This document shows, piece after piece, positions 25,086-36,215 of a stretch of DNA of 64,000 nucleotides (its first letter is position 1; each line of letters opens with the position of its first letter). The notes below the pieces were generated by a model. It saw only the letters and a program-made list of their open reading frames with translations, ran no database searches and was not told where the DNA came from. The DNA is taken from contig NEEC01000016.1 of NCBI GenBank assembly GCA_002189035.1, forward strand, positions 1,178,001 through 1,242,000, written 5' to 3'. A program made the translations under genes and the position numbers. The DNA comes from Utricularia gibba. Its lineage: Eukaryota > Plantae > Magnoliophyta.

Positions 25086-27914
25086 ATGGCCATACGAACA
25101 TGTGGCAGGGAATTCATCAAAACCCATTTAGCTTCCATGTGGTGCAATCGCTACCACGGGATGCGACGCTTTGACACCGCTGCTTTGGTAGGTGTGCGTT
25201 TGTTGCCTTGGTGCCCAGCTTTCCCCATTTCTGAAACTCCCCGGGAGGAGATCTCAGGTCGTGGGCTGTTCAATTGCTGCGCCAAGTTTTTCTCCTGAAC
25301 ACAGTGCGATACTGGGCATCTCGATGTTCCCCGAAACTTTGGTCAAGCAAAATAGTATCCTTTGTTCGCCCCCGCACACTCAGATAATTACTGCTAGTCG
25401 GAGACTCAGTCAGTGCAGGAAAGCTTATGGGTATTGCTCACAGTTGAAAACAAAGCTGTCTAATAAGGGATTATGGTCTGTGTATGGGCGTGTCAGAACT
25501 TCTTCTAGAGGTTCTTGGGGATCCCCTGTTGTGCCTCAATCAACGGAGACAGATCATGCGGAAACGGAAAAACATTGCAATGATGGTTCGAATTACACCA
25601 GGTATTCTGATGTTCTTCCCCCTTAGTTCAAAATGATACCTTTTTTCTATTCCGTCTTGATAATTGCTGATTTTGTTGTATACCCTTGATCTTGTTTTTG
25701 AGCTTCTTGTCCTTTATTTATTTATTTGTTCCTCGGGAAGGTAGTTCGATGGCATAAACTTCAGATGCTGCACTTAATCTGTGTGACCTCTTCCGTCTGT
25801 CATAAATTTCTGTGGACTCTTTCTAATATGTTGATTGCGTTTTCTTGGTATTTCTATTGCTTTTGATTCAGCTTTCAGATGGAACATAGTCGTGTCAATG
25901 GAGGTGGGAAAAATGTCTCTTTGAATCAAGGACTTTCAGAGGCATGCCGATATGTTCACATTGATGCAGAGTTTATGAATCGAAGGGCAAGAAATGATCT
26001 TCTACTTCTTTCAAGGTAGTCACACTGTTCACGAACCAAAAGTGGCGATCACATCCTTCTTTTGTTTTGCTTATTTCACATTTTTAAGTTAATATATACA
26101 GAGAAAGGTGAATGTTTTGAATTTCTGATTTTGAAATTAGAGAACTAGAGAAGTTGAATGCCCGAGCACAGCAAGATGTTGCACTTCTCGGCTCTGGATT
26201 CTTGAAGATGGATGGTGAGAATCTTCTTCTAACCCTTAGAGCGTGCTGAAGTTCGAAGTGGTTGAAGCAATCTGCAGTAAATTAACGCTTTTTTGTACGT
26301 AGAGGAAGTGAATTTTGTTGTATGTGTAGTTTAACCTATCACATTTTCTTCTGCATAGCACGAGCTCGAGAAGATACTGAAAGAATTGATCTTGATGTTA
26401 AAAAAAGAGCTGAAAGGCTTCAACATATTGCCGCTGTAAGAATCTACCTTGCATTGATTTTGTGAGCCTCACTGATGCTATGCCATGGTTGATTTATCTT
26501 TTTTAGCTGTTCTGTTCTTCAGGTACTTAAAAGCAAAGCTCAAACAAGTATAAAATCTGCTGCTGACAAACACTGGAGTGATGGTGCATTGGAGGTTGTT
26601 TATTGGGATTTGCTTACCGCAGACGTCGTATGCTGTTCTTATTATTTGACTCTGAATTGTTTGAGATTGCTGATGTTCAGGCTGATTTGAAGAGAGCAGA
26701 TAATGCAGCTAGGAGCCGTGCCATTGCAGATTCCCTGATGGCTTTAGAGGCACGTTCAGCCATGAATTATTTGCAACTTTTACATGCTTTTCTCCATATG
26801 ACTCCGGAATTGAATTATTTTTGATCTTTTGAATTGCAGTTTGTCAAAAATATTCACGAGATGATGCTGTGCAAAACGTATGAACTTATGTTTTAGTAGG
26901 AGACAACTTGTTGGTCATTCAAGATTTTATCCTGATCGTGGCCTTAGTTCTTCCAGGAAAAAAAGCTCTCCACGTGACTCAAGACATATAACAATTGAAA
27001 AGAATGGCAAAACAGTGGAAATTATTCCAAGAGATGCATCTTCTGATCGAATCAATGCTATTCAGGTTATTATCCCTCACCTGTTTATGGCTAATTTCTT
27101 ATTCTCTCCGCCAAAAGATTGCACTATTTCATCAGTCCCCTGCTTTGCCGCCACAAAAAAAATGCAAGTACAATCATAAACTAAAGATCAATTAATATGT
27201 ATATCCCATGACTCCTTTTCTGCATACTTGTTTAACATGTAGGAAGCATATTGGAGCATGGCTTCTGCCCTTTCGGAGGCTGATGGAATTGATTATACTG
27301 ATCCTGAGGAGGTTTGTACTTCTCCCAAAAAAACAAGGGTCTGGGATAATTACTTCACAGTGCAACTCCATGTTTTGAATAGTCTTTTGTTTAGAGCAGC
27401 TGGAGTTGCTAGTGGCAGCTCTTATTGACCTCGATGCAATGGATGGTAAAAGTAGTGTATCCTTGTTAGCTGAGTGTTCATCTTCTCCGGATGTCAGCAC
27501 CAGGTAGCCATGCCGTTACACCATGCTAATGTTTCTAGATAAACAAGAAACACCAGAGTACACTTCTCTTTTTCCTTGTGAACTCTGTACAGGAGAGCGT
27601 TGGCTAATGCTTTATCCGCAGCTCCATCAATGTGGACCTTAGGAAATGCTGGTATGGGCGCCCTCCAGGTTGTTTAATCTTCAACTCTCTGTTTTTTTTT
27701 CATGTCAAACAAGAGAAGCAGCTACCAGAACATAGAAACTCATCATGCCCCTTTCCAGAGACTGGTAGAAGACAGCAATCCTGCCATTGCTGCAGCAGCC
27801 ACCAAAACAATCAAGGAGCTGAAGAAACAGTGGGAGATCGAGGAAGGAGATAGCTGGAGGTTCATGATGGATGCAACTCCTGGAATCAGTAACGGGATCG
27901 AGGACGACTGTTAA
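25086..27914 (+). CDS. AAF: Senescence-associated chloroplast protein AAF/OSA15 (A15) homolog
   Basis: Motifs RARNDLLLLSR, ARAQQDVALLGSGFLKMDARARED, AADKHWSDGALEADL, SMASALSEADGIDYTDPEELELLV, DLDAMDGKSSVSLLAECSSSPDV, ALANALSAAPSMWTLGNAGMGALQRLVEDSNPAIAAAA, KKQWEIEEGDS. The first exon 25086-25187 joins in phase to 25258 via a 70-nt GTAGGT...TCTCAG intron (inferred). One GC-AG intron at 26750-26839. Confidence 0.88.
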
Positions 27915-28266
27915 CTATATGAATCCAAACTTCTTTGTATGTGTAGATTTAGATAGCAGACAGATGAAGAATCTCCGAGCACTGTTCTCTTTCCCCCTCA
28001 ACATGACTTCCAGATTTTAGTTGAACTTCCCTGATTCTCCCTCTCGCTGCATTTCTATTAGAGCTAAAGCATATGAATCGTGGAAGTAAGAGCAACTTGG
28101 TAGCTTTCACGGCCTGCAACTTCATGCAATTGAATGGGATCAGGAAACCAGATTCATAAAAGCGTTTAATGCATATTCACACTTTCATGGTGACACTGCA
28201 CCCAACTTGTCATTCCAGCTGCAGCGATAGATGCCTCTTAAGTACGCTCAAAGATGGTGAAATAGT

Positions 28267-28962
28267 CTACATGATCAGTTCATCCAAATAATCTGTCATT
28301 TTCTTGGACCATGCATGAAATTCAGTGGGATCTTTGCCATTGATGATCCTGAGTTGTTAGTTGTCATCCTAGTTTTCACTATACATACTTTTTTATAATA
28401 TTATTCATTTTGAATATTCAATTTTTATGTTCTAGTTTTTTGAAAAAATAATCAAAAAACATGAAGTAAGGCATAAAAAAACTAAAAACAGAGCACGTAT
28501 AAGGGTGTTCATGCTGGGTTCATCGTGAAGAATTCCACATATTCCTCATGTTTTTTTTACTTGGTGAACTTCATAAGATTTGAATTATGGATTGCAATTT
28601 TTGTATGAAGTGAGCAGAAAACCAACATTGCAAGATCTGCATCGCGTGATTCATTTTGTTTTTCTTCATTGGAATCCGATTGGGTGGGGTGTGATGGAAT
28701 CGCAGGTACTGAAATGTCGTCTCCGGGTGCTGGGTTGCCAATCACGATGGATTCTACTGCCTCCGAAAACTTCGCCACCCTGTCCGACAAAATAACTTCA
28801 CCAAGTTTTCTAGACTTTTTCCTGTAAAAGATTCGAACTTTGCCTCTTGCCGGATTCTTCTCGAGGGACGTGGCTGAGAAGGAAAGATTACGCGACGGGC
28901 GGCGACACTTCTGTTAAATTGTTGCTGCTGCTACTGGAAGATTGATTTTGATTCGGGGGCAT
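28267..28962 (-). pseudogene. Possible orphan or degenerate gene of unknown function
   Basis: Open frame from 28910: KCRRPSRNLSFSATSLEKNPARGKVRIFYRKKSRKLGEVILSDRVAKFSEAVESIV...ESRDADLAML. Candidate last exon 28348-28267 (IINGKDPTEFHAWSKKMTDYLDELIM*). ATG 28962 (MPPNQNQSSSS) is one base out of frame. No family recognised. Confidence 0.3.
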
Positions 28963-29408
28963 GATTCTTCTCTGAAAAAAAAACTCTCTTATCTGCGGCA
29001 CACATCTCTGAAGAATCTCAGGAAACTGGACCGAAATCGAATTCATCGGAGTCTCCATGTTTGAAACAGAAATCCAAATCTGGGATTTCATCTTTCTCCA
29101 TTCCAAAGCCCATTCATTATCTGGAGACGAGTGAGTGACAGAGCCTCTTCTTCTTCTCGGCTCGGGGGAGTTTTAAGTTGCAGATTGGTGCTCCAATATG
29201 GGACAAGACAGAGAGACAACTGGAAGCACCCGAACAGAAACATTGCAGGTGGCTGTAACTGCAAGGCCATATCACCATTCGGATAGGATACAAATATACA
29301 ACATACCTTAGAACAAAACCAAATGTACCCACCAACATTTCGAAAACACTAAAACTTAAAACTTTCATCTTACAAAAGAAATGAAAAGCAGTTCTTGGTC
29401 TGGACCAA

Positions 29409-29900
29409 CTCCCCCTTTATGATGATAGGTATGCTAGAAGGGGGCTCCCCTTAGAGCTACTTTTTCCTCACGGATTAACAACACCCTCACCCCACGTGAT
29501 GAATGGGTAGGGGTTGCCAAGCCTCGACGAGCCCACAGTGGCCCTGGCAAATCTAGACGTAGTCAAAGCGGAACCTGCGACTCACTATGTAAACGCCCTC
29601 TGGGGGGCAACCCACGGCAACCAGGGGAGATGTCCCGACGGTTCATCCCTTCGTTACTCGAGCCCCGGCACGTCCAATGAGGAGTTCCAATGGCATCGGA
29701 TCTGTTCATTTTGCTTGACCGTCGAGAGCCCCATGTCCCGCCTCCAGAGCTCTCTTTTGAACATCAACTCGGTGCCCCAACAACAAAGGCGCGCCCTTTC
29801 AAAACCCTAGGGGTTACTGTACGGACACGAGAGCATTCAGGGATGAGAAGGAGAGCGCCACAGCATTAGTGCAAGGAGGATGATGCCGATGATTCACATG
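29409..29900 (-). mobile_element. Possible decayed LTR-retroelement internal remnant
   Basis: GC-rich island with no recognisable ORF, ending on the minus strand in a polypurine-tract-like AAAGGGGGAG (29418-29409). Weak evidence only. Confidence 0.2.
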
Positions 29901-30097
29901 ACTCCGTCCATTTACCTTTGTTTATTTCAACTCTAATTTTCGAAAAATAAATTTTCAGAGATAATTTAATAAAATAAAAACCATGTTTAATGATTCTATT
30001 ATATTATAATTTGAATGTGTGTATATTTGAAATAACTTTAGAAGTTATTTAATATTATAATATTGAAGATTTATATCCAAATTTGTATATGAAATAC

Positions 30098-30294
30098 TGT
30101 TTGATTAACTAACATATGACAGCTTTCTTGTATAATTATACTATTCACATATTTATTTTTTGAGCATATGGATAAATTGTTTAATTATATTTATACCATT
30201 CATATCATTTATATTATTAAATATTATATATAATTGAATATATATATATATATTTATAGTATAATTAAATATACTAATACCCCTATTATCAAAC
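30098..30294. mobile_element. Putative MITE family B, copy 1
   Basis: Ends TGTTTGAT...ATCAAAC. The 3' half TATATAATTGAATATATATATATATATTTATAGTATAATTAAATATACTAATACCCCTATTATCAAA closely matches 41155-41222. Confidence 0.5.
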
Positions 30295-30535
30295 TATCTT
30301 CTAAATTTATCTTTTAAGGTGTAATTTGGAAAAAAAAATGAGGGAAGGAAAAGGAAAAAACCCCTAATTTCATACACATAAATAATTACAAAATAGATAC
30401 TTGTCTTTTTTTTAGTTGCAATAGGAGACAGCAAATTGTGCTGGAGCCATCAAATTGGGACAGGAGAAAAGGTAAGAGTGCACTCCTTCTGGCGGGGGCC
30501 CACATAAGACAACTGCAATGTCCTTTCTACCCCTA

Positions 30536-32831
30536 CTAACTCCAAGAGATTGCCACTGGGCTCCCTACGACGTGTCTCCCATCGGACCATTCGATTCTCC
30601 CGAACTGATTCGTGTTCGAGGGCATAGGCGCTGCGGTGAACGTCACCGTATACGATTGCTTCTCATCGCTTTCACTGAACGTTAGCGTTGGTGGATCCAC
30701 GGCTATTTTGACCGCCGCGGGAGAAGTTGCTGAGACCTTGTATGTTCCCGGCGGACCCACGTTTGTCAACGTTCGCGTGTATTTCACCACCATGGGTGCG
30801 GATCTGCCCTCGCTGACGCCGGGGTGACTCACCGGAGATTCCAGAGCCACCGCGAATGAAGGGTAGTTCAGGTCGTTGACGCTGTAGGTTTTGCTCTTGT
30901 CGCAGCTGAAGTTCCGTCGCGCCACACTGGTGATCTGCCCAGTGGTGTAGTTCAATGCGCACAAGAAATTCAGGTAATCTTCCGGCGCGATGTCGTAGAC
31001 GAGCCCCGGGTTGAGTGCGGACACGGGATCCACATGCCCGGATCCGTAATCGAACGGCGTCGCGGGCTTCCTTGTGGAGATATCTTGGATTGGCTCGCCG
31101 TTTTTGTACACCGTGTAAGCGGTGGTCATCAACGCCGAGCGGATCGCGGCGGGGCTCCAGCTAGGGTGCGTCGATTTGACCAGAGCCGCCAGGCCGCTGA
31201 CGTGAGGGCACGACATCGATGTGCCGGAAATTATGTTGAAGTCCACGCGCCGCCGTCGTCCGATAATCCGGTGGGCCCCACTTTTCGGGACCACGCGGCT
31301 AGGATGTTGACGCCTGGCGATATGAGGTCGGGTTTCAGTACGGCGGGAGTGATGGAGTTGGGACCCTGGAGCTGAAGGCGGCGACCACCGGCGATGGCTG
31401 GATGCCTACTTTCGTGCCTTCGAAGAGGATCGTGGCCGTTGGATTCGGATCTGTGAAGAGGTAGCTCTTTATCGCTTGGCCGACTGTTTCGCCGACTGCC
31501 GTGGCAGGGAGCAAGTGAGCGTCGGCGACGAGCTCATCTCCATTTGCGGCGGTATTGGATAAAATCATACCGGCGCCGCCAGCTGCTTTCACGACGGCGC
31601 CCTTTTGAACTCTGGGACTTACGCCACGATCACATAACACGATCTTATCCTTCACCTTTTCAGGAATCAGAGAACCCGTCATACAAAGATTGCCGCTGCT
31701 GACGTTGCTGGCGTTTCCGGCGTAGACAAATTGAAGCATTTTTCCCGGCAACTCACCTTTATACAGTGAGACACCGGAGAAATTCTTCCCGTTACCCAGA
31801 CTAACATACGCCGGGAAATCGCGGTCCAGAGTTCCGGCACCTACTGTGGTTATCCAAGGGCCACGTTGGATAAACTATACGAACTTGGGCCTGCATTTCC
31901 GGCAGAGCAAGAGACGAGTATGCCCTTTTCCATGGCGGCGAATGCTCCGATGGCAACGTTGTCTCTGTAAAAATCCGACGAACCACCGCCGAGAGACATC
32001 GAGAGAACGTTAACGTTGTCCTCGATGGCTTTATCGATAGCAGCCAGTATGTCGGAGCTGAAACATCCACCGACCCAACAAACCTTATACGTAGCAACTC
32101 TCGCCCGCGGCGCCATCCCGCGGCCGTCCCGGCCGCGTACCCAAACAAGCTTGCACTCGAAACGACAGATCCCGCCGCGGTGGAGGATGTGTGGGTTCCA
32201 TGGCCGTCCCCGTCTCTCGGCGATTTCTCCTCCTTGGTCTCATCGATTGGACCCATAGTCGCCTCGTAGCCTTTAGAAAAGAATCTGGCCCCGATCAGCT
32301 TCCGGTTACAGTTCTCTTTCGTAAAATTGGTCCCAATTTCACATTCCCCTTTCCAAGAGGCAGGTACTGGCCCGAACCCAGTATCATCGTAGCTCGGGCT
32401 CTCTGGCCACACACCAGTATCCAAAACGCCGACGATGACATCATTCCCAGATCCAGATTCCGGCAGCATCGCCGGATTTTGTCGAGACCCAGAAACAGAG
32501 GCGTCCTCGTAGTGTGAAGCTCATACCTAACCTCAGGCAGAACCGACAAAATCCCCGGCATACCCTCCATCGCCCGAGCTTCCTCGGGCAAGAGGACTGC
32601 CGCGAACCCATGAACCGCGTTGTTATATGCGTACAGCATTTCCGCCGAGTCCGACACCGATCTCAGAGAAGAACCATACCACCCCAGATGGTCATCAGCA
32701 AAAACCTCCGGCATCTCAGACCGCGCCATGTGAACTATGTAAGTCTTCCTCTCCGCAACCGATACACGTAAAAGGCACAGTAACAGAAACCCCATAACCC
32801 ATTCCACCGAAAATCCGATCCTTGTATCCAT
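30536..32831 (-). CDS. SBT1.7: Subtilisin-like serine protease SBT1.7/ARA12-like, intronless, broken by five -1 frameshifts in this sequence
   Basis: Signal peptide, I9 prodomain (TYIVHM...[14 protein letters not shown]...[14 protein letters not shown]), catalytic D ([10 protein letters not shown]), H (GHGTHT), oxyanion N (SAGNAGP), S ([13 protein letters not shown]), PA domain (KIVLCDRG...GAVVKAAGG) and C-terminal Fn3-like domain, spread over successive frames. Confidence 0.93.
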
Positions 32832-35010
32832 TTTTTCTCAGGGGAAGATGAGAAATGGTGAAACTGTGCAAAATAGTGTGGCGGGTCTATATAGGGGTAG
32901 AGCGCTGGTGGAAGATGGGCGAGGTGGGGACGGTGGCTCTTGTTTTCTCTGTTCATCGCCATCAAACTGAAAAAGAAAAAAAAAACTTAAAAGAAAAGCC
33001 AGGGAACAAGTGGGAGGCATGGTGCGCCATGTGCACCTCTCTCTCCTGCTATTTTTCCTCGGCTTTCCCTTTCCCTGTCCCTTTTGGTGGAATGCGTCGA
33101 TTTCTGTCAGTGACTCATGCACCTCCATAGCCAAAAGCTTGATTTTTGCTTTGATCACGTGTGTGTGGTGCAGGCTTTGGATAAAAGGAATCCTCCCCAC
33201 CACCAAAACCATCATCAAACTTCGCTATTTGGGCCCAATATTTTGATAGTTGATATTAGATGAATACAAATATTTATATTAAATTCTTATTTTTATCAAA
33301 TAAAATAAAAGTTACAAAAGTTGGGAGGGGATTTAATATTTTAAATTTTAATATATATAAATACCACTTAGGAGTTCATTTAATATTTTTATATGAGACT
33401 TATTTTTTATTTACATTAAAATGTAATGAATATATAATTATTTTTTGAATAAATGTAACTTTTTTTAATTTAATAATTCATCAGTTTATCATTTAAATGT
33501 ATATCATCCCATACACACATTACGTTTAAAATATTTCCAAATACATTTAAATGGTGCAACTAGATAATGCCCATTAGATGAATACTTTATCTTAAAACTA
33601 ATTTTAAATCTAGGATTCGTATTAATGGTTCCCACATGTCATCTTTGGAGTGATCTAAAATTTTATACCCAAATTAGGTAGTAGATGAAGAAGTAGGGGA
33701 CATTATTATAACCAATGAAAAAGGAGTAATCCTAGATTCTATTAAAATCATTTATTTTTATTTAAAAATAACTATATTTTTCATAATATAATAGCATGCA
33801 TTTGAGGGATTAAATACTTAGATTTCAATTTTCATAATTAAATTCGAGTTGTTTTTATTTATCATATATGTTAGTAGATACATAATTAATATAAAAAAAA
33901 TTATATTATAAATTTCAATTATATAAATTTATATTTCGATAAATTTCATCCGAGCGCTCGGTTTTTGGATCGTCCGATGCGCAACGGGTCCGGTTGACTC
34001 GGTTTCGGCGCGCGGAGCGAAACGACAACCCGAAGTTCATTAGGTTTCGGAAATCTTCTCCTCATTCACTTTCATTTCCCGCGTCAAACTATCAAAATCA
34101 GAATCAGTTCTTCGGTGAAGGTCAGCGAGGGCCATTCCTGTTATCCTTTTTTGATGCTTACAGGCTGATTTGATTCAACGAGAGGCTGTGGCGGGCGATT
34201 AGGAATCGCGGACGGATCTTCGGGAATCAGGTCGGAGATCGTCTTCATCAATACTGGTGAGTCTTCACTCCCTCGTTCTTTCTGCGTGTACTGCTATCGT
34301 GAACGGAAATTGGTTTGCGTGTAGAAAGGGCCGGAAATTGGTTGGTTCGGTCAGGCAGACCGGCCAGCTAGGTTTGGGCCGATTTGAAAACTTAAAACGG
34401 GTGGTTGAAAGTTGCGAATTTTATTTTATTTTTTCTTGAAAAAATAAATAAAAATATCCAGATTTGTATGGGAGGTGGCCATCGTTGTCCTAGAAATAAA
34501 AAAAAATTATATGATTTATATTTTATGTTGAATAATGGAATTATGGAGGCGTACGGAGATTTGAAACTAGGTGGTCTGGTGGGTCAATGAGGTGTGATAT
34601 TTTCGTTGAATTCTTGTGGACTACAACAACTTCAATTATTTGGGTGTTTTTTAAATAAAAACCTGAGTCATGATGCACATGACGTCGGGTGTCGTGGTGT
34701 TTTCAATGCAGTTCATGATTACAACCTAAACATGATTAGGGTCAGGCTTAGACTTACTACAACAATAATAATTAGATACTTTATGTTAAATAATGTATCA
34801 TATTTGGTTTGGTGAAAATTGATATTTAACACTATGGATTAGTTATTTATTTTTTCATTAATGATGATACATGAATCCATGTTTTTTAATTAATAGGATG
34901 ATAATAATATTATCTTTACAACTGTCAATTTAATTCTCTCTTTTTATCAACAAATTCATTATTTATATTTTTAAAAAAATTACAATTTTGAAGATATAAC
35001 ATTTTTAAAA

Positions 35011-35135
35011 ATTTTGAACTATAAAATTATTATGTAAGATAACATAACATTGTATTATAAATTTAATAGAATAAAATATATGTTGTAAAGTTTTAATTTA
35101 ATATTATGATATAAATATATTTTTAAAATAAATAA
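35011..35135 (+). repeat. AT-rich dispersed repeat family A, copy 2
   Basis: TGTAAGATAACATAACATTGTATTATAAATTTAATA...ATATTATGATATAAATATATTTTTAAAATAAATA matches 19773-19865. Confidence 0.55.
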
Positions 35136-36215
35136 TATAATTTTTATTTATTTTTTAAAATAAAGATTTAAGAAATTAAATAATTTATGAAGTTAATACT
35201 AAAATTTAAATTTTTTATTTTATTATATAATGATTAAAAATTAAATAAAATTATTTCAAGAAATTAATAAAATAACACGCTCCAAATCTAAGAAAGATTG
35301 GGTTAAAGCGATTTGTTATGCAAGCCCAAACTTTACCGTACGGTGCAATCATGCAAAATCATTGGTAGAGCTGGGCCTGAGGCCCGCGTTCAGGTTCCAT
35401 GACGATAATCTGGGCCTCTATAAATGCATATATGAAGGTGATTCTTCAAGTCAGTTGCTTTCTTGGTAGACCCATCTTTGTTTCCAGAAGCGGACATGGC
35501 CTGGGGACCCTTCGTCATTTCTAATCCAATAAAATTTCTCTGCCCAACAACCAGATTCTTCATCTAATGACAATGGGGCCTTGCTTATGGAGGACCCATC
35601 TGTAACGTGCTTGTTCTCCCAGTTGCCACAACCAACTTTCCCAATCCTGCCTCGAGAAAAAAAATAGGACCATGAATCATGCTGTCTTGTCTTCAATGTC
35701 ACAGTAGCTGTAGGCTGTATGGAGATGATGCCATGTCAGGAATGCCGATTCTTGCTTATGTGCAATTTACATGCTGATATCCATACGAATTGCAGGCAAC
35801 CATTGGAGGATGGTTAAGGGCCCTTGCTATATTGCTGTTAAAACCAGCAGCTAACCGGTTCACTGCCGAGGGATGGCTAATTCGTTGTTTTTTTTTTTTT
35901 TTTTTTTTGGTGTCCCTTTGCTCCCTGATCCGTCTTTCTTTGATCATTAGATAGGGAGACACCATGGGATTCCAACTTAATGACTTGGGGTTGCCCATCA
36001 CAAGTCTACCTTTTTCTTTTGTCGAAATGGCTTGTTGCATGGATGTATGTTTATGTCTTTGGATAGCTTCACGTGAATTCTTTGGACTGGTCATCCTCAA
36101 GTGCCCACAGAAACAGCTACGCTCCAAAACCAGCTTCCTGGATTATAAAACAGCAATTAGAGTTATTGTTGTTGATGGTAAGTTGGTTTCAGGGCCTGTT
36201 AAAGTGAGGGAGAAG

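Noticed and set aside
35451-35702. 83-aa Trp-rich minus-strand ORF upstream of the NPH3 gene
   Set aside because: No ATG start (GTG only) and no recognisable domain. It lies just downstream of a plus-strand TATA box, so it is likely NPH3 leader/intron sequence.
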